Shown: positions 18,059 through 27,251, counted from the stretch's first letter. The stretch: DNA of 64,000 nucleotides from an archaeon (GCA_043797265.1 JAZDPV010000018.1:1-64000), one strand, 5' to 3'. Made by a program: numbers and translations. The notes: a model not told the origin generated them from the letters alone.

Positions 18059-18224
18059 AACTTTGAATGGTGAGGCTAAGTTAGCGTCGCTGTTTTGACT
18101 TGAAGCCAAATTAGATGGGCTTTGGGTTTGCTTTGAACGAGGAAGTCTTGTTAGATTTGTTAGGGTGGTTTTGGATGTTCTGGGGAATATAAGTTTTTAT
18201 AAATATCGTATTCTGTGAAGAAGA

Positions 18225-18647
18225 ATGGAGAAAGTTAATATTATTTTTACTGGTATTGGTTTAGTTGTTACCCTTATCACTTTTATTCTTGTGATTAGTG
18301 GTTGGTCATATCAAGTCATGACGAATAACAATATAATTAAAGCCAATCTAAAATATGAAATAAGTGATAATTTAAGAAAAATTGATATATTTTTGGAAAT
18401 TTATGATAGCGATATAAAAACTACGGGGAAATTAGAATTTAGATATTTGGAGAAATATAGAGATATATCTAAAGATAAAAACATAAGAGATAAATTGGCA
18501 AAAATTATGTCAGATATACAAACCTATAATAATGGAATAGATTTAATTAATAATAATGAGGTTGATAAAGTTTATAGGACTATAACACAGAATAGCAATG
18601 CTGAATTAATAAAAAGCAATTTAGAATTTATAAGAGATCTTATCTGA
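18225..18647 (+). CDS. hypothetical membrane-anchored protein (AT-rich)
   Basis: N-terminal TM helix; ends 7 bp from the tRNA-Ser 3' end. Confidence 0.65.
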   Translation: MEKVNIIFTGIGLVVTLITFILVISGWSYQVMTNNNIIKANLKYEISDNLRKIDIFLEIYDSDIKTTGKLEFRYLEKYRDISKDKNIRDKLAKIMSDIQTYNNGIDLINNNEVDKVYRTITQNSNAELIKSNLEFIRDLI

Positions 18648-18654
18648 TTATGGA

Positions 18655-18735
18655 CGCCCGCACTCGGAATCGAACCGAGGAGTCCCGAAGGACCTGGTTT
18701 TCAAGACCAGTGCAATACCACTATGCGATGCGGGC
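18655..18735 (-). tRNA. tRNA-Ser(TGA)
   Basis: GCCCGCA/TGCGGGC acceptor stem, CTGGT-CTTGAAA-ACCAG anticodon arm, variable arm GTCC-TTCG-GGAC, GGTTCGATTCC T arm. Confidence 0.95.
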
Positions 18736-18786
18736 TATTGTTTTTTAATGGATAAGGTTTTTAAATTTGTTTAGGTGCTGGGTTTT

Positions 18787-19374
18787 ATGGGCTCGAAGAT
18801 TTTGAAGAATAAGTTTGTCGCAATATTTATAATGGGTATTTTGATTGTTGGGTTTACGTTATTTGTGATGAAAATGGTGGATAATGTGTTCCCTGAAAAT
18901 GTGAAGGTTAGATTGGAAACTAATTATGGGGGCATCGTTGTAGAATTATATTCGGACATGCCGATAACTGCTGGGAATTTTAAATCGTTGGCTGAGAAGG
19001 GAATTTATGACGGCGTGATTTTTCATAGGGTGATTCCGAATTTTATGATTCAGGGTGGAGATCCCACAGGAACTGGGTTTGGTGACCCGAGTATTCCGAA
19101 GATAAAGGATGAGTTTGTCGCGGGGCACTCGAATATTCGCGGGACGATTGCGATGGCGAACGCGGGGCCGAATACCGGAAGTAGCCAGTTTTTTATTAAT
19201 TTGGTTGATAATAGTTTTTTGGATTATGACAAAGAGCCGTTGACTTCGAAGCATCCGGTTTTTGGCGAAGTTGTCGAGGGGATGGATGTCGTCGATAAAA
19301 TTAGTGGGGTTGCGACGGGCGTTGGAAATAGACCGGTTGAGGATGTTGTGATTGTTAGGGCGAGGGTGGTGTAA
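18787..19374 (+). CDS. cyclophilin-type peptidyl-prolyl isomerase with N-terminal anchor
   Basis: FHRVIPNFMIQGGDP, MANAGPNTGSSQFFIN, HPVFG. Confidence 0.95.
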   Translation: MGSKILKNKFVAIFIMGILIVGFTLFVMKMVDNVFPENVKVRLETNYGGIVVELYSDMPITAGNFKSLAEKGIYDGVIFHRVIPNFMIQGGDPTGTGFGDPSIPKIKDEFVAGHSNIRGTIAMANAGPNTGSSQFFINLVDNSFLDYDKEPLTSKHPVFGEVVEGMDVVDKISGVATGVGNRPVEDVVIVRARVV

Positions 19375-19869
19375 TTAACTATTAGCACCTTGGATACATG
19401 AAACTTTTAATCCTTGATTTACTCCCTGCTCGCTGACCTTTTCGCAAATTGAGATATCTTTTTCTACAAATGCTATTCCACTAAAGCATCTATCTTTAAC
19501 TGCTAAGCTGTAAGAATCATTAGATATTTTTTCGCAAATTGAGATATCGTCTAATTTTTCTGCAACTCTCATTAAACAATATAGAGATTCGTCATAAATT
19601 TCAAGTTTCCAACATACCTCGCTATCAATAGTTTTTATGGCAACTTCTTCATAACAACTTGTTTTTTTATTTTTATTTGGCATATTGTCGCAAATTTTAT
19701 AATCCTCTTTGCTGATTGCTAGATTTTCTATACAATCAATTTTATCATAATATGAGTCTCCATTGCAATTAATACTTGTTTCGGAATCGTTTTCCCAGAG
19801 ATTTATAATTATAATTCCAATAAAAATAATTAATCCTATTATAATTCCAAATAAAATGGATTTATTCAT
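19375..19869 (-). CDS. membrane-anchored Cys-repeat surface protein
   Basis: TM anchor followed by repeated C..(A)...D..IC.K units. Confidence 0.7.
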   Translation of the reverse strand: MNKSILFGIIIGLIIFIGIIIINLWENDSETSINCNGDSYYDKIDCIENLAISKEDYKICDNMPNKNKKTSCYEEVAIKTIDSEVCWKLEIYDESLYCLMRVAEKLDDISICEKISNDSYSLAVKDRCFSGIAFVEKDISICEKVSEQGVNQGLKVSCIQGANS

Positions 19870-19899
19870 AAGGAGTTGAGGAACAAATATTTTATAAAC

Positions 19900-21378
19900 T
19901 TATCTAGGTCTAATCGGTTCAAACTCTTTGATAAATTTTAGTCCGTCTTTAAGTTTGTTTCGGCTTTCGGAATAGAGAGTCAGAACTGGTTCATGTTTTT
20001 TGATTTCGCCGACGTGATTGTGAAGGTAGACACCGGCGGATTTTGTTTCGGGAGTCCCGAGGATGCGGCAGAGCGAATTTATTTTATTGTTGTCTATCGA
20101 GATTATTTTTCCTGATTTTTTTGCCTTGATTATTTTTTTGAATTTTCCGAGTTTCAGATTTTCAATTCGTTTGTCGAAATCATTTTTTTTGTTTTGCGCG
20201 TTGATTATTTCCTTGAATTTTTCGTAGGCTTTTCCCGATGATAAAATTTCCTCGACTTTTTGTCTTGAGTTTTTTATTCCGCAGAGGCTAATTAGTTCTG
20301 ATGATAATAGCAATGATTTTTCTCTTAAATCTTCTGGGGCACCTCTTTTGTTTTGCAAAACCCTTAACACGTCGAGCAATTCAAGAACTGGACCGATTCC
20401 GTTCCCGATTGGCTGTGAGCCGTCGGTATAAATTACTTTTAGTTTTAATCTGAAAATTTTTCCAACTTTTTCGAATTTTCTGCCGAGTTTTTTTGCGTCG
20501 GTTAAATTGTTTACTTTTCCTCCCTTGCCGTATGGGATGTCAATCAAAATATATTTCGCGCCGGCTGCAATTTTTTTTGACATGATTGATGCGATGAGTT
20601 GTGGCTCGATGTCTAAGTTTAGTAATCGTTCGACTTGGATTATTTTGTCGTCGGATGGCGCGAGTCCGAGTGAGCCACCCCAAGTCAAGCACGCTCCGGT
20701 TTTGCTGACTACTTTTTTTATTTCCTTGATTGAGAGCTCGACGTTTGAGATTGTTTCGATTACGTCTGCTGTTCCTGATGCTGATGTTATCGCCCGCGAT
20801 GATGTCTTGGGAAGAATCAGCCCTGCTGCTGCGCAAATAGCGACGACGATTGGGGTTGTCCGATTCCCGGATATCCCCCCGATACAATGTTTGTCGGCAA
20901 CATATTTTTCTTTAAATTTTAATTTTGAGCCAGTTTTTGTCATTGCTTTTGTCAGGTTGATTGTTTCTTCCAAATCCATTCCACTTATTTTTTCGGCGGC
21001 TGTGAAAAATGCAATTTCGGCTTCGGTTAAATTATTGTGCACTATTTCTGAAATTAGAAATGTTATTTCTTGCTTGTTTAATTTTTGGCCGGAAAGTTTT
21101 TTCTTTATTAGATGTGAGGCGTCGGATAATTCGGACACGCTGACTTCGACGACTGATTTGTTTTTTAGTTTTAGTATGCTGCTTAATTCTTGGGATACTC
21201 CTAATTCGTTTTCTTTTACTAATTTTGAAAAGATGTCTGTAACGGCGTAGATCTTTTTTGAGTTTGTTATCGCGATTCTGTCGTTGACGAAGACGTTTAT
21301 TTTTTTCGCGGTTCTGTCGTTCAGGATTGCTACTGGTCGGCCGGCCAGCCAATTAAAATTTTTAATTTTTAATTTCAT
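19900..21378 (-). CDS. deoA: AMP phosphorylase (thymidine phosphorylase family)
   Basis: DKHCIGGISGNRTT, KTSSRAITSASGTAD, SIMSKK, plus the extra N-terminal domain of AMPpases. Confidence 0.93.
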   Translation of the reverse strand: MKLKIKNFNWLAGRPVAILNDRTAKKINVFVNDRIAITNSKKIYAVTDIFSKLVKENELGVSQELSSILKLKNKSVVEVSVSELSDASHLIKKKLSGQKLNKQEITFLISEIVHNNLTEAEIAFFTAAEKISGMDLEETINLTKAMTKTGSKLKFKEKYVADKHCIGGISGNRTTPIVVAICAAAGLILPKTSSRAITSASGTADVIETISNVELSIKEIKKVVSKTGACLTWGGSLGLAPSDDKIIQVERLLNLDIEPQLIASIMSKKIAAGAKYILIDIPYGKGGKVNNLTDAKKLGRKFEKVGKIFRLKLKVIYTDGSQPIGNGIGPVLELLDVLRVLQNKRGAPEDLREKSLLLSSELISLCGIKNSRQKVEEILSSGKAYEKFKEIINAQNKKNDFDKRIENLKLGKFKKIIKAKKSGKIISIDNNKINSLCRILGTPETKSAGVYLHNHVGEIKKHEPVLTLYSESRNKLKDGLKFIKEFEPIRPR

Positions 21379-21381
21379 GAT

Positions 21382-22398
21382 TTATTTATTGAACAAATCT
21401 TTTAATTTTCCTTTTTGGTAGAATTCTATAATTATCAGCACGTAGGCGAGAATGAGCGGGCCGAGGATGAGCCCGGCAATTCCGAAGAAGTATAATCCGC
21501 CTATAGTCCCGATGACGCTTAGAGCGATTGGGAGATTTGATTGTTTTGACAGAATGTATGGCCGCAATAAGTTGTCTATCATTCCTATGAACAGGGCGCC
21601 GTATAAAAGTAGAAATATTCCTGCGAACGTTTGATTGGAAAGCAGAAGAAATATGCTCACGGGCAACCAGACGAACCATGAACCGAGAATTGGAATTATT
21701 GAAACGAGACAGGCGACAAATGTTAAGATTATCACATTTGGGACTCCGAGAATAAATAGTCCCACTCCCAAGGCTAGACCCTGAATTATTCCGATTAGAA
21801 CTTGGCCGAAAACTATTGCGTTAGTTATGCCCCTGAATTCTTTTAGGAATTTTTTTTCTGTTTCTTTAGAGAATGGGGAGAGTGTTGATAGATATTGTTT
21901 TAATTCGTTGCTGTCCCTGATTGCAAAGTAAAACGTGAAGAGGAAAACCGCGAATTGAAGAAGGAACGACGGGAAATTGATTAGAAGATTTTTGAATTGA
22001 TTTAGGAATGCCGAGAATGTTTGTCCGATTATATTGTCGATGGATTTTCCAATTGTGGCTGATAAATCGCTTTGGGAAAATTTACTGAGGAAATTGACGA
22101 AATCGAAGCCTTGAAGTTGGACATATGTGTTGAAAGCCTGTTTGATTATTATCGGGACGAAATATAATACCGGTATCACGATTATGATGGTTAGGCCGAT
22201 CATAAGAATTAAAGCCGGGATATTTTTGCCGCCTACTTTCGATTTTATTTTTTTGTGCACTGGGTTGAAGATGTAGGCGAAGAGGAGTCCGAAAATTATT
22301 GGGATGATTATTGGTTTTAAAATGAAAAAGGCGAGGACAAATATCCCTATGATTATTACCCCGACGATGCCACGCTTTATATCTTCGTAATCTGCCAT
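21382..22398 (-). CDS. AI-2E family transporter
   Basis: IDNLLRP, GGLYFFGIAGLILGP. Confidence 0.9.
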   Translation of the reverse strand: MADYEDIKRGIVGVIIIGIFVLAFFILKPIIIPIIFGLLFAYIFNPVHKKIKSKVGGKNIPALILMIGLTIIIVIPVLYFVPIIIKQAFNTYVQLQGFDFVNFLSKFSQSDLSATIGKSIDNIIGQTFSAFLNQFKNLLINFPSFLLQFAVFLFTFYFAIRDSNELKQYLSTLSPFSKETEKKFLKEFRGITNAIVFGQVLIGIIQGLALGVGLFILGVPNVIILTFVACLVSIIPILGSWFVWLPVSIFLLLSNQTFAGIFLLLYGALFIGMIDNLLRPYILSKQSNLPIALSVIGTIGGLYFFGIAGLILGPLILAYVLIIIEFYQKGKLKDLFNK

Positions 22399-22473
22399 AA
22401 TAGTATATGAATTTAGAACTTATAAAGTTTAGTAGTTAGGTAAATTTATAAATTGGATTTCGTATTTTGGTTT

Positions 22474-23178
22474 ATGAGTGTTGTGAAGAAAATTTTTGAT
22501 GGTGTTTTTGACGACGAGGTGCACGGGGCTTTTTTGAAATTTGGGCGGGGTGGGTATCGAAACAAGTATTTGCTCGAGGGGAAACGGCAGTCCAAGAACT
22601 GGGGGGTCAAAGCCGGGGCCGAGTATGTGAATTTTTTGGTGAGGCGGTGCCTGGAGAAAATTAATGGGCGCGTCGCGGTCAAGGGGGTTATTGTTTCGAC
22701 TTTGGATTTGAAGAACGAGATTAGTTTTGATATTGTCAAGGTCGGTAATTTTCAGGGGATTCGGAAAAATGTGATTGATAGCGAGGTTGAAGCGTCGGAG
22801 ATTTTGAAACTGATGGATAAATTTCCGAGGGTTTTTTTTGCGCTGAGTTTTGGCGGAGGAGATTTTATTTTGAAGATTAAGGCGAAGGCGCCGAAAAATG
22901 GGAAACCGGGAAATGGCGACGATAAACCTGTTGTTGATTTTTGTTCTTTGAAGACGGGAGATAAATTGCTTGTTGATGATTTGTTTTTTGGGGCTGGAAA
23001 TTTCAATGAAGTTAGTGTTAATCACACGATTGAAGTGCGCGAGATTATTTATCCCGAGAATGCCGACGAATTGAAGCCAGAGGAAGTTCGGGAGTTGTCG
23101 AAGAGGAAGGGGATTGTTATTAGGAATGTTTTGGTTGATGGAGTTTCGAAGGAATGGAGAGCGGAGTTTGTGGCGTGA
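22474..23178 (+). CDS. conserved hypothetical protein
   Basis: 235-aa ORF with plus-strand codon bias; TATA-like tttataaa ~20 nt upstream. Confidence 0.75.
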   Translation: MSVVKKIFDGVFDDEVHGAFLKFGRGGYRNKYLLEGKRQSKNWGVKAGAEYVNFLVRRCLEKINGRVAVKGVIVSTLDLKNEISFDIVKVGNFQGIRKNVIDSEVEASEILKLMDKFPRVFFALSFGGGDFILKIKAKAPKNGKPGNGDDKPVVDFCSLKTGDKLLVDDLFFGAGNFNEVSVNHTIEVREIIYPENADELKPEEVRELSKRKGIVIRNVLVDGVSKEWRAEFVA

Positions 23179-23420
23179 TTGAGCCAATTTAACTTGTCTG
23201 ATTTTTGTAATTTTTTAATTTGTGCTTCGGCTTTGCAAGCGTCGGAGCGGTTGAGATATTGTTTTGTTGCTAATAATTTTTTGAATTTTTTTATTTTCAC
23301 ATATTTTGAACCTTTGCCTCCGGCGTGGGATTTCATTCGTTTGTCGATGTTGTTTGTTGTGCCGGTGTAGAAAGAGCCGTCGGTGCATTCGAGGATGTAG
23401 ACGAACCAGTGAGATTTCAT
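23049..23420 (-). CDS. GIY-YIG nuclease family protein (UPF0213-like)
   Basis: WFVYILEC.DGSFYTG.T...R...H..G.GSKY...A.K.E..IK. Confidence 0.9.
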   Translation of the reverse strand: MKSHWFVYILECTDGSFYTGTTNNIDKRMKSHAGGKGSKYVKIKKFKKLLATKQYLNRSDACKAEAQIKKLQKSDKLNWLNHATNSALHSFETPSTKTFLITIPFLFDNSRTSSGFNSSAFSG

Positions 23421-24067
23421 TAGTCATTTAGTCCTTTTTGTTTTGCGCAGGATGGGCAGATTAGAGCGGTGTCTTTGAGGGACATGTAATATCGGTTGCC
23501 TTCTTCGAGAATGTTGTTGAATTTTTCCCAGCCTTGCTCGATTGTCAGTTTGCCGTCGACAACTTCTTGCGGGACTCTTGACGCCTCTTCCAAAAGTTCT
23601 ATTCTTTTCTTGAATATCTTGTAATGGTATAAATTTGGTTTCGTTGTTTTTGATAATTTTTTTTGACAGAGGAAACATTTGGGTTGGGTTATCAGGAGTT
23701 CTTGCTCGCGGACCGCCCATTGAAACTGGAAGTCGGCGTCCTGAATTAAATGTTTGTAGTTGCCGATGCCGCCGAGTCTTTTGAATTTTAAATTTATTTC
23801 TTCTTTTGCGTCTTTAATATTTGTTGTTATTTCCCCGATTTTTTTTGAGTAGCGCCAGATTATATACTTTTTATTTTTGTCTGGCGTGATTGACGGCTTG
23901 CCAATTCTATATCCTTTTGAGCCGGTTTTTATTTTTCCTATTGTTATTTCTTTTTTGCCCTGCTTGATTTTTTCTTTTTTTTCTTTTAATTTTCTTTTTA
24001 TTGTTTTTTCTTTTTTTGAGATGTAGCCTTTTTCGCCGGGTAGAATGTCTGGAGTTTTTATTGGCAT
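23420..24067 (-). CDS. basic zinc-binding protein, possibly degenerate HNH-like fold
   Basis: CFLC...LYHY...LICPSC; stop/start overlap with the GIY-YIG gene. Confidence 0.6.
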   Translation of the reverse strand: MPIKTPDILPGEKGYISKKEKTIKRKLKEKKEKIKQGKKEITIGKIKTGSKGYRIGKPSITPDKNKKYIIWRYSKKIGEITTNIKDAKEEINLKFKRLGGIGNYKHLIQDADFQFQWAVREQELLITQPKCFLCQKKLSKTTKPNLYHYKIFKKRIELLEEASRVPQEVVDGKLTIEQGWEKFNNILEEGNRYYMSLKDTALICPSCAKQKGLND

Positions 24068-24142
24068 TTTGTGTAGAGGGATTTTGGGTTTTTAAGAGTT
24101 GGGATAGTTAGATTTATATAGGGAGATTTGTGTTTGTTTCTG

Positions 24143-24289
24143 GTTCGATCCAAAACTTAAATGTTTGGGTCAGGAGAATTTTGCGATTGGTTGGTCGCGA
24201 TAAGCGCTTGAGTGCTATCAAGTTGGTTATCAAGTAGTTGGGCTACTGGACACCGCTCGGTGTACCCTAAAATATAAAGGGCAAATAAA
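24143..24289 (+). promoter_or_regulatory. structured 5' leader of the ribosomal superoperon
   Basis: TATA-like tttatata at 24113-24120; about five consecutive hairpins, several with G-U pairs, before rpl3. Confidence 0.55.
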
Positions 24290-25234
24290 ATGACAGACAA
24301 TAATGGAATACGAAGTGGAAGTTTGCAGTTTTACCCGAGGGTGCGGGCGAAAAAAGTTTTGCCGAATGTGAATTGGAAGCCGGTAAGGAGAGACGGTGTC
24401 GGGTTCATGGGATTTATTGGCTACAAGGTTGGGATGGTTTCTGTTTGGGCGAAAGATAACACTGCTGATTCGTTGACGAAGGGGAAGAAGATTGTTATTC
24501 CGGCGACGATTGTCGAGTGCCCGGTGATGAGAATTTATTCTGTCCGATTTTACAGGAATGGGAAAGTTTTGAAAGATGTCGTTGTCGCGAATGGGAAGGA
24601 GTTAAAGAGGAAGGTAAAGGTAGGGAAGAAAGTTGGCGAGATTAAAGACGATGTTGAGTTTGATGATGTGAGGGTGATTTTGTCGTCGGGAGTTGGGATG
24701 ACCGGGATTGGGAAGAAGAAGGTTGACTTGATTGAGGTCGGGATTTCTGGGAGCAAGGATGAGAAGTTGGCTTTTGTAAAAGAGAGAATTGGGAAAGATA
24801 TTTTAATTGGGGATGTGTTTTCTGTGGGGTTGGTCGACGTGAGGGGTGTGACAAAGGGGTATGGGACGATGGGTCCGATGAAACGGTTTGGGATTTCTTT
24901 GAAGGCGCACAAGTCCGAGAAGGGACGGAGGCGGCCAGGTTCTTTGGCACCGTGGCATCCGGCGAGAGTTACTTTCAGAACGCCGATGATGGGGCAGACG
25001 GGTTATCATAGCAGAATTAATTATAATAATTTAATTTTGAAAGTTGGGAAGATTGGCGAGAAAGATATTAATTTGAAGGGTGGGTTTGAACATTATGGCG
25101 TCGTGAAAAATGATTATTTGATTTTGAGAGGTTCGATTCCGGGGCCGAAGAAGCGGGGGCTTGTGATTAGTCAGGCGATTAGACCGACGAAAATTGTGGC
25201 GAAAAAAAAGTTTGAGGTGATGGAGTTGAGATGA
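24290..25234 (+). CDS. rpl3: 50S ribosomal protein uL3
   Basis: RSGSLQFYPRVRA, GYKVGM, VTKGYG, GQTGYH. Confidence 0.98.
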   Translation: MTDNNGIRSGSLQFYPRVRAKKVLPNVNWKPVRRDGVGFMGFIGYKVGMVSVWAKDNTADSLTKGKKIVIPATIVECPVMRIYSVRFYRNGKVLKDVVVANGKELKRKVKVGKKVGEIKDDVEFDDVRVILSSGVGMTGIGKKKVDLIEVGISGSKDEKLAFVKERIGKDILIGDVFSVGLVDVRGVTKGYGTMGPMKRFGISLKAHKSEKGRRRPGSLAPWHPARVTFRTPMMGQTGYHSRINYNNLILKVGKIGEKDINLKGGFEHYGVVKNDYLILRGSIPGPKKRGLVISQAIRPTKIVAKKKFEVMELR

Positions 25235-26055
25235 TAGCGAAATTATTTGACAAGAGTGGCGAGGTGAAGGGCGATGTTGATTTGCCGAAATGTTTTGGGG
25301 CGAGAGTCAGGAAGGATATTTTATTGAAGGTTTTTGAGGCGCAGAAGGGAATTTATTCGCAGGCGTATGGGGCGATGGAAGGGGCAGGGGCTCAATATTC
25401 AGCGTCGGGGATTTCGAGGAAGAAGAGGCACGCGTGGAAAGGAACTTATGGGAAAGGCATTTCAAGAATTCCGAGGAAGATTATGTCGAGGCATGGAGCG
25501 TCGTTTAATTGGATTGGGGCGACTGTTTCAAATACTCGAGGTGGGCGAAGACCTCATGCTCCGAAATCCGAGAAAAATCCATTCAAGAAAATTAACAAGA
25601 AAGAATTGACGATTGCGTTTAGTTCGGCGTTGAGTGGGAGCGGGAAAAACATAATTATTTTTGAAAAGAGTGTTTTGGATTTGAAGTCGAAGGAATTTTT
25701 TGGTTTGTTGAAGAAGATATTTGGGGACGCTAAGATTTTGAAGGTCAAGAGGATTCGGGCCGGGATTGGGAAAATGCGTGGGCGAAAGTATAAGTCGAAT
25801 GCGGGTTTGCTTTTTATTATTGGTTCCGACGAGAAAATGGCAAGGAAAGGAATTGATGTCGTTGGCGTTGGTGATTTGAGGATAAAGGATTTGGTGCCGA
25901 ATGGTGAGGTTGGGCGGATGATTTGTTATTCGGAAAATGCTGTGAAAGAAATTGGTTTGAAATTTGAGGGGAAGAAAAATGGCTCACGGATGAACACAGA
26001 TAGACACGAATTAAAGAAAAAGGAAACTAAGAAAAAAGCTGGGGGGAAGAGATGA
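25231..26055 (+). CDS. rpl4: 50S ribosomal protein uL4
   Basis: GISRIPR, TRGGRRPHAPK, IRAGIGKMRGRKY. Confidence 0.97.
   Translation: MIAKLFDKSGEVKGDVDLPKCFGARVRKDILLKVFEAQKGIYSQAYGAMEGAGAQYSASGISRKKRHAWKGTYGKGISRIPRKIMSRHGASFNWIGATVSNTRGGRRPHAPKSEKNPFKKINKKELTIAFSSALSGSGKNIIIFEKSVLDLKSKEFFGLLKKIFGDAKILKVKRIRAGIGKMRGRKYKSNAGLLFIIGSDEKMARKGIDVVGVGDLRIKDLVPNGEVGRMICYSENAVKEIGLKFEGKKNGSRMNTDRHELKKKETKKKAGGKR
25975..26018 (+). repeat. AATGGCT + 3x10-mer (CACRRATRRA-like) element, copy 1, in frame in uL4
   Basis: cacggatgaa cacagataga cacgaattaa. Confidence 0.85.
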
Positions 26056-26306
26056 AGACTATTATATTGGAGAAGGTGAAGTCGACGGAAAAAATTGTGC
26101 GACAGATTGAGGCAGAGAACGTTTTGGTTTTTGTCGTCGATAGAGCGGTGGACAAGTTGGAGATTAAAAACGAGGTTGAGAAATTGTTTGGCGTGAAAGT
26201 GGTTAAGGTTCGGACGCACACTTTAAAGAACAAGAAGATTGCTTATGTTAAATTGAAGTCGGATTATCCCGCGGTGGATGTTGCGACGAAGTTGGGGATG
26301 ATGTGA
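26052..26306 (+). CDS. rpl23: 50S ribosomal protein uL23
   Basis: TEK....E.EN.LVF.V...K.AYVKL. Confidence 0.95.
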   Translation: MKTIILEKVKSTEKIVRQIEAENVLVFVVDRAVDKLEIKNEVEKLFGVKVVKVRTHTLKNKKIAYVKLKSDYPAVDVATKLGMM

Positions 26307-26421
26307 TGAAATCGGATATTTCATCTGGTGATATTTTTGTTTCGCAAAAATGGAGATATGACGCTTTGCGTCGAGGAGATAATCGCTTCGCGATTGGTGA
26401 TACGACTTCATCGTGGATGAA
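26305..26421. repeat. linker-plus-hairpin micro-array (linker WGGWGATA)
   Basis: Hairpin over the stop codon, then linkers at 26326, 26351, 26374 and 26395, each followed by a hairpin. Confidence 0.85.
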
Positions 26422-26444
26422 GATTGATGGAGGTTTGAATTGAG

Positions 26445-27143
26445 ATGGGCAAAAGGATAATTCAGCAGCGACGGGGAAAGGGCGGGCATGTTTACAAGAC
26501 GAGAGAGGAGGCGGGGAAATTTAGGCCGGGATATTTGTCGAACATGGACGGGGAATTTGAGTGCGTGAAATTGTCGTCGTCGGTTGGGCATTCGGTTCCG
26601 ATTGCGAAGTTTATTTCGAAAGAGGGGAAGGCGTTTGAGAATTTTGCTGTGAATTTGTTGTATGTCGGGCAGAAGATTGTTTTCGGGGGGAAGAACGCCG
26701 GGGATGTTGCGCGACTTGGTGATTTGAAAAGTGGTACTGAGATTTTTAATATTGAACACAACCCGAAGGACGGCGGGAAGTTTGTCAGGACTGGCGGGAA
26801 TTTTGCGACGATTATGGTTAGAGAGGGAGATGTGGTGAAGGTTATGTTGCCGTCGAAGAATGTCAAGAAATTTAATGTTGATTGCCGGGCGACTGTCGGG
26901 CGGGCGGCTGGGGACGGGCGGTTGGATAAACCGATTTTGAAAGCGGGGAAGCAGTTTTATATAATGAAGATGAAATCAAAGTTGTGGCCAAGGACTTCTC
27001 CTGTTAAGATGAACGCGATTGACCATCCGTTCGGGTCTGGACGAGGGAAAAGAATTAAGAGCAAGATTGCGAAGAGGAATGCGCCGCCAGGAAAGAAAGT
27101 TGGGATGATTAGACCGAGAAGGACGGGGAGGAAGAAGAGATGA
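26445..27143 (+). CDS. rpl2: 50S ribosomal protein uL2
   Basis: MGKRIIQQRRGKG, MNAIDHPFG. Confidence 0.98.
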   Translation: MGKRIIQQRRGKGGHVYKTREEAGKFRPGYLSNMDGEFECVKLSSSVGHSVPIAKFISKEGKAFENFAVNLLYVGQKIVFGGKNAGDVARLGDLKSGTEIFNIEHNPKDGGKFVRTGGNFATIMVREGDVVKVMLPSKNVKKFNVDCRATVGRAAGDGRLDKPILKAGKQFYIMKMKSKLWPRTSPVKMNAIDHPFGSGRGKRIKSKIAKRNAPPGKKVGMIRPRRTGRKKR

Positions 27144-27213
27144 AATCTTTGATTTCATCAGTTCGCTTCGCTGGAAGTTGGAAGTTCGCTTCGCTGGAAG
27201 TGGGGCTTCGCCC
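27139..27213. repeat. stop-codon hairpin, duplicated GCTTCGC unit and GGGC-TTC-GCCC hairpin
   Basis: gatgaaatc-ttt-gatttcatc; agttcgcttcgctggaagt at 27160 and 27183. Confidence 0.8.
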
Positions 27214-27251
27214 GACCTGGATTATATTTGGCTTGGAGGGATTTAGCTAAG

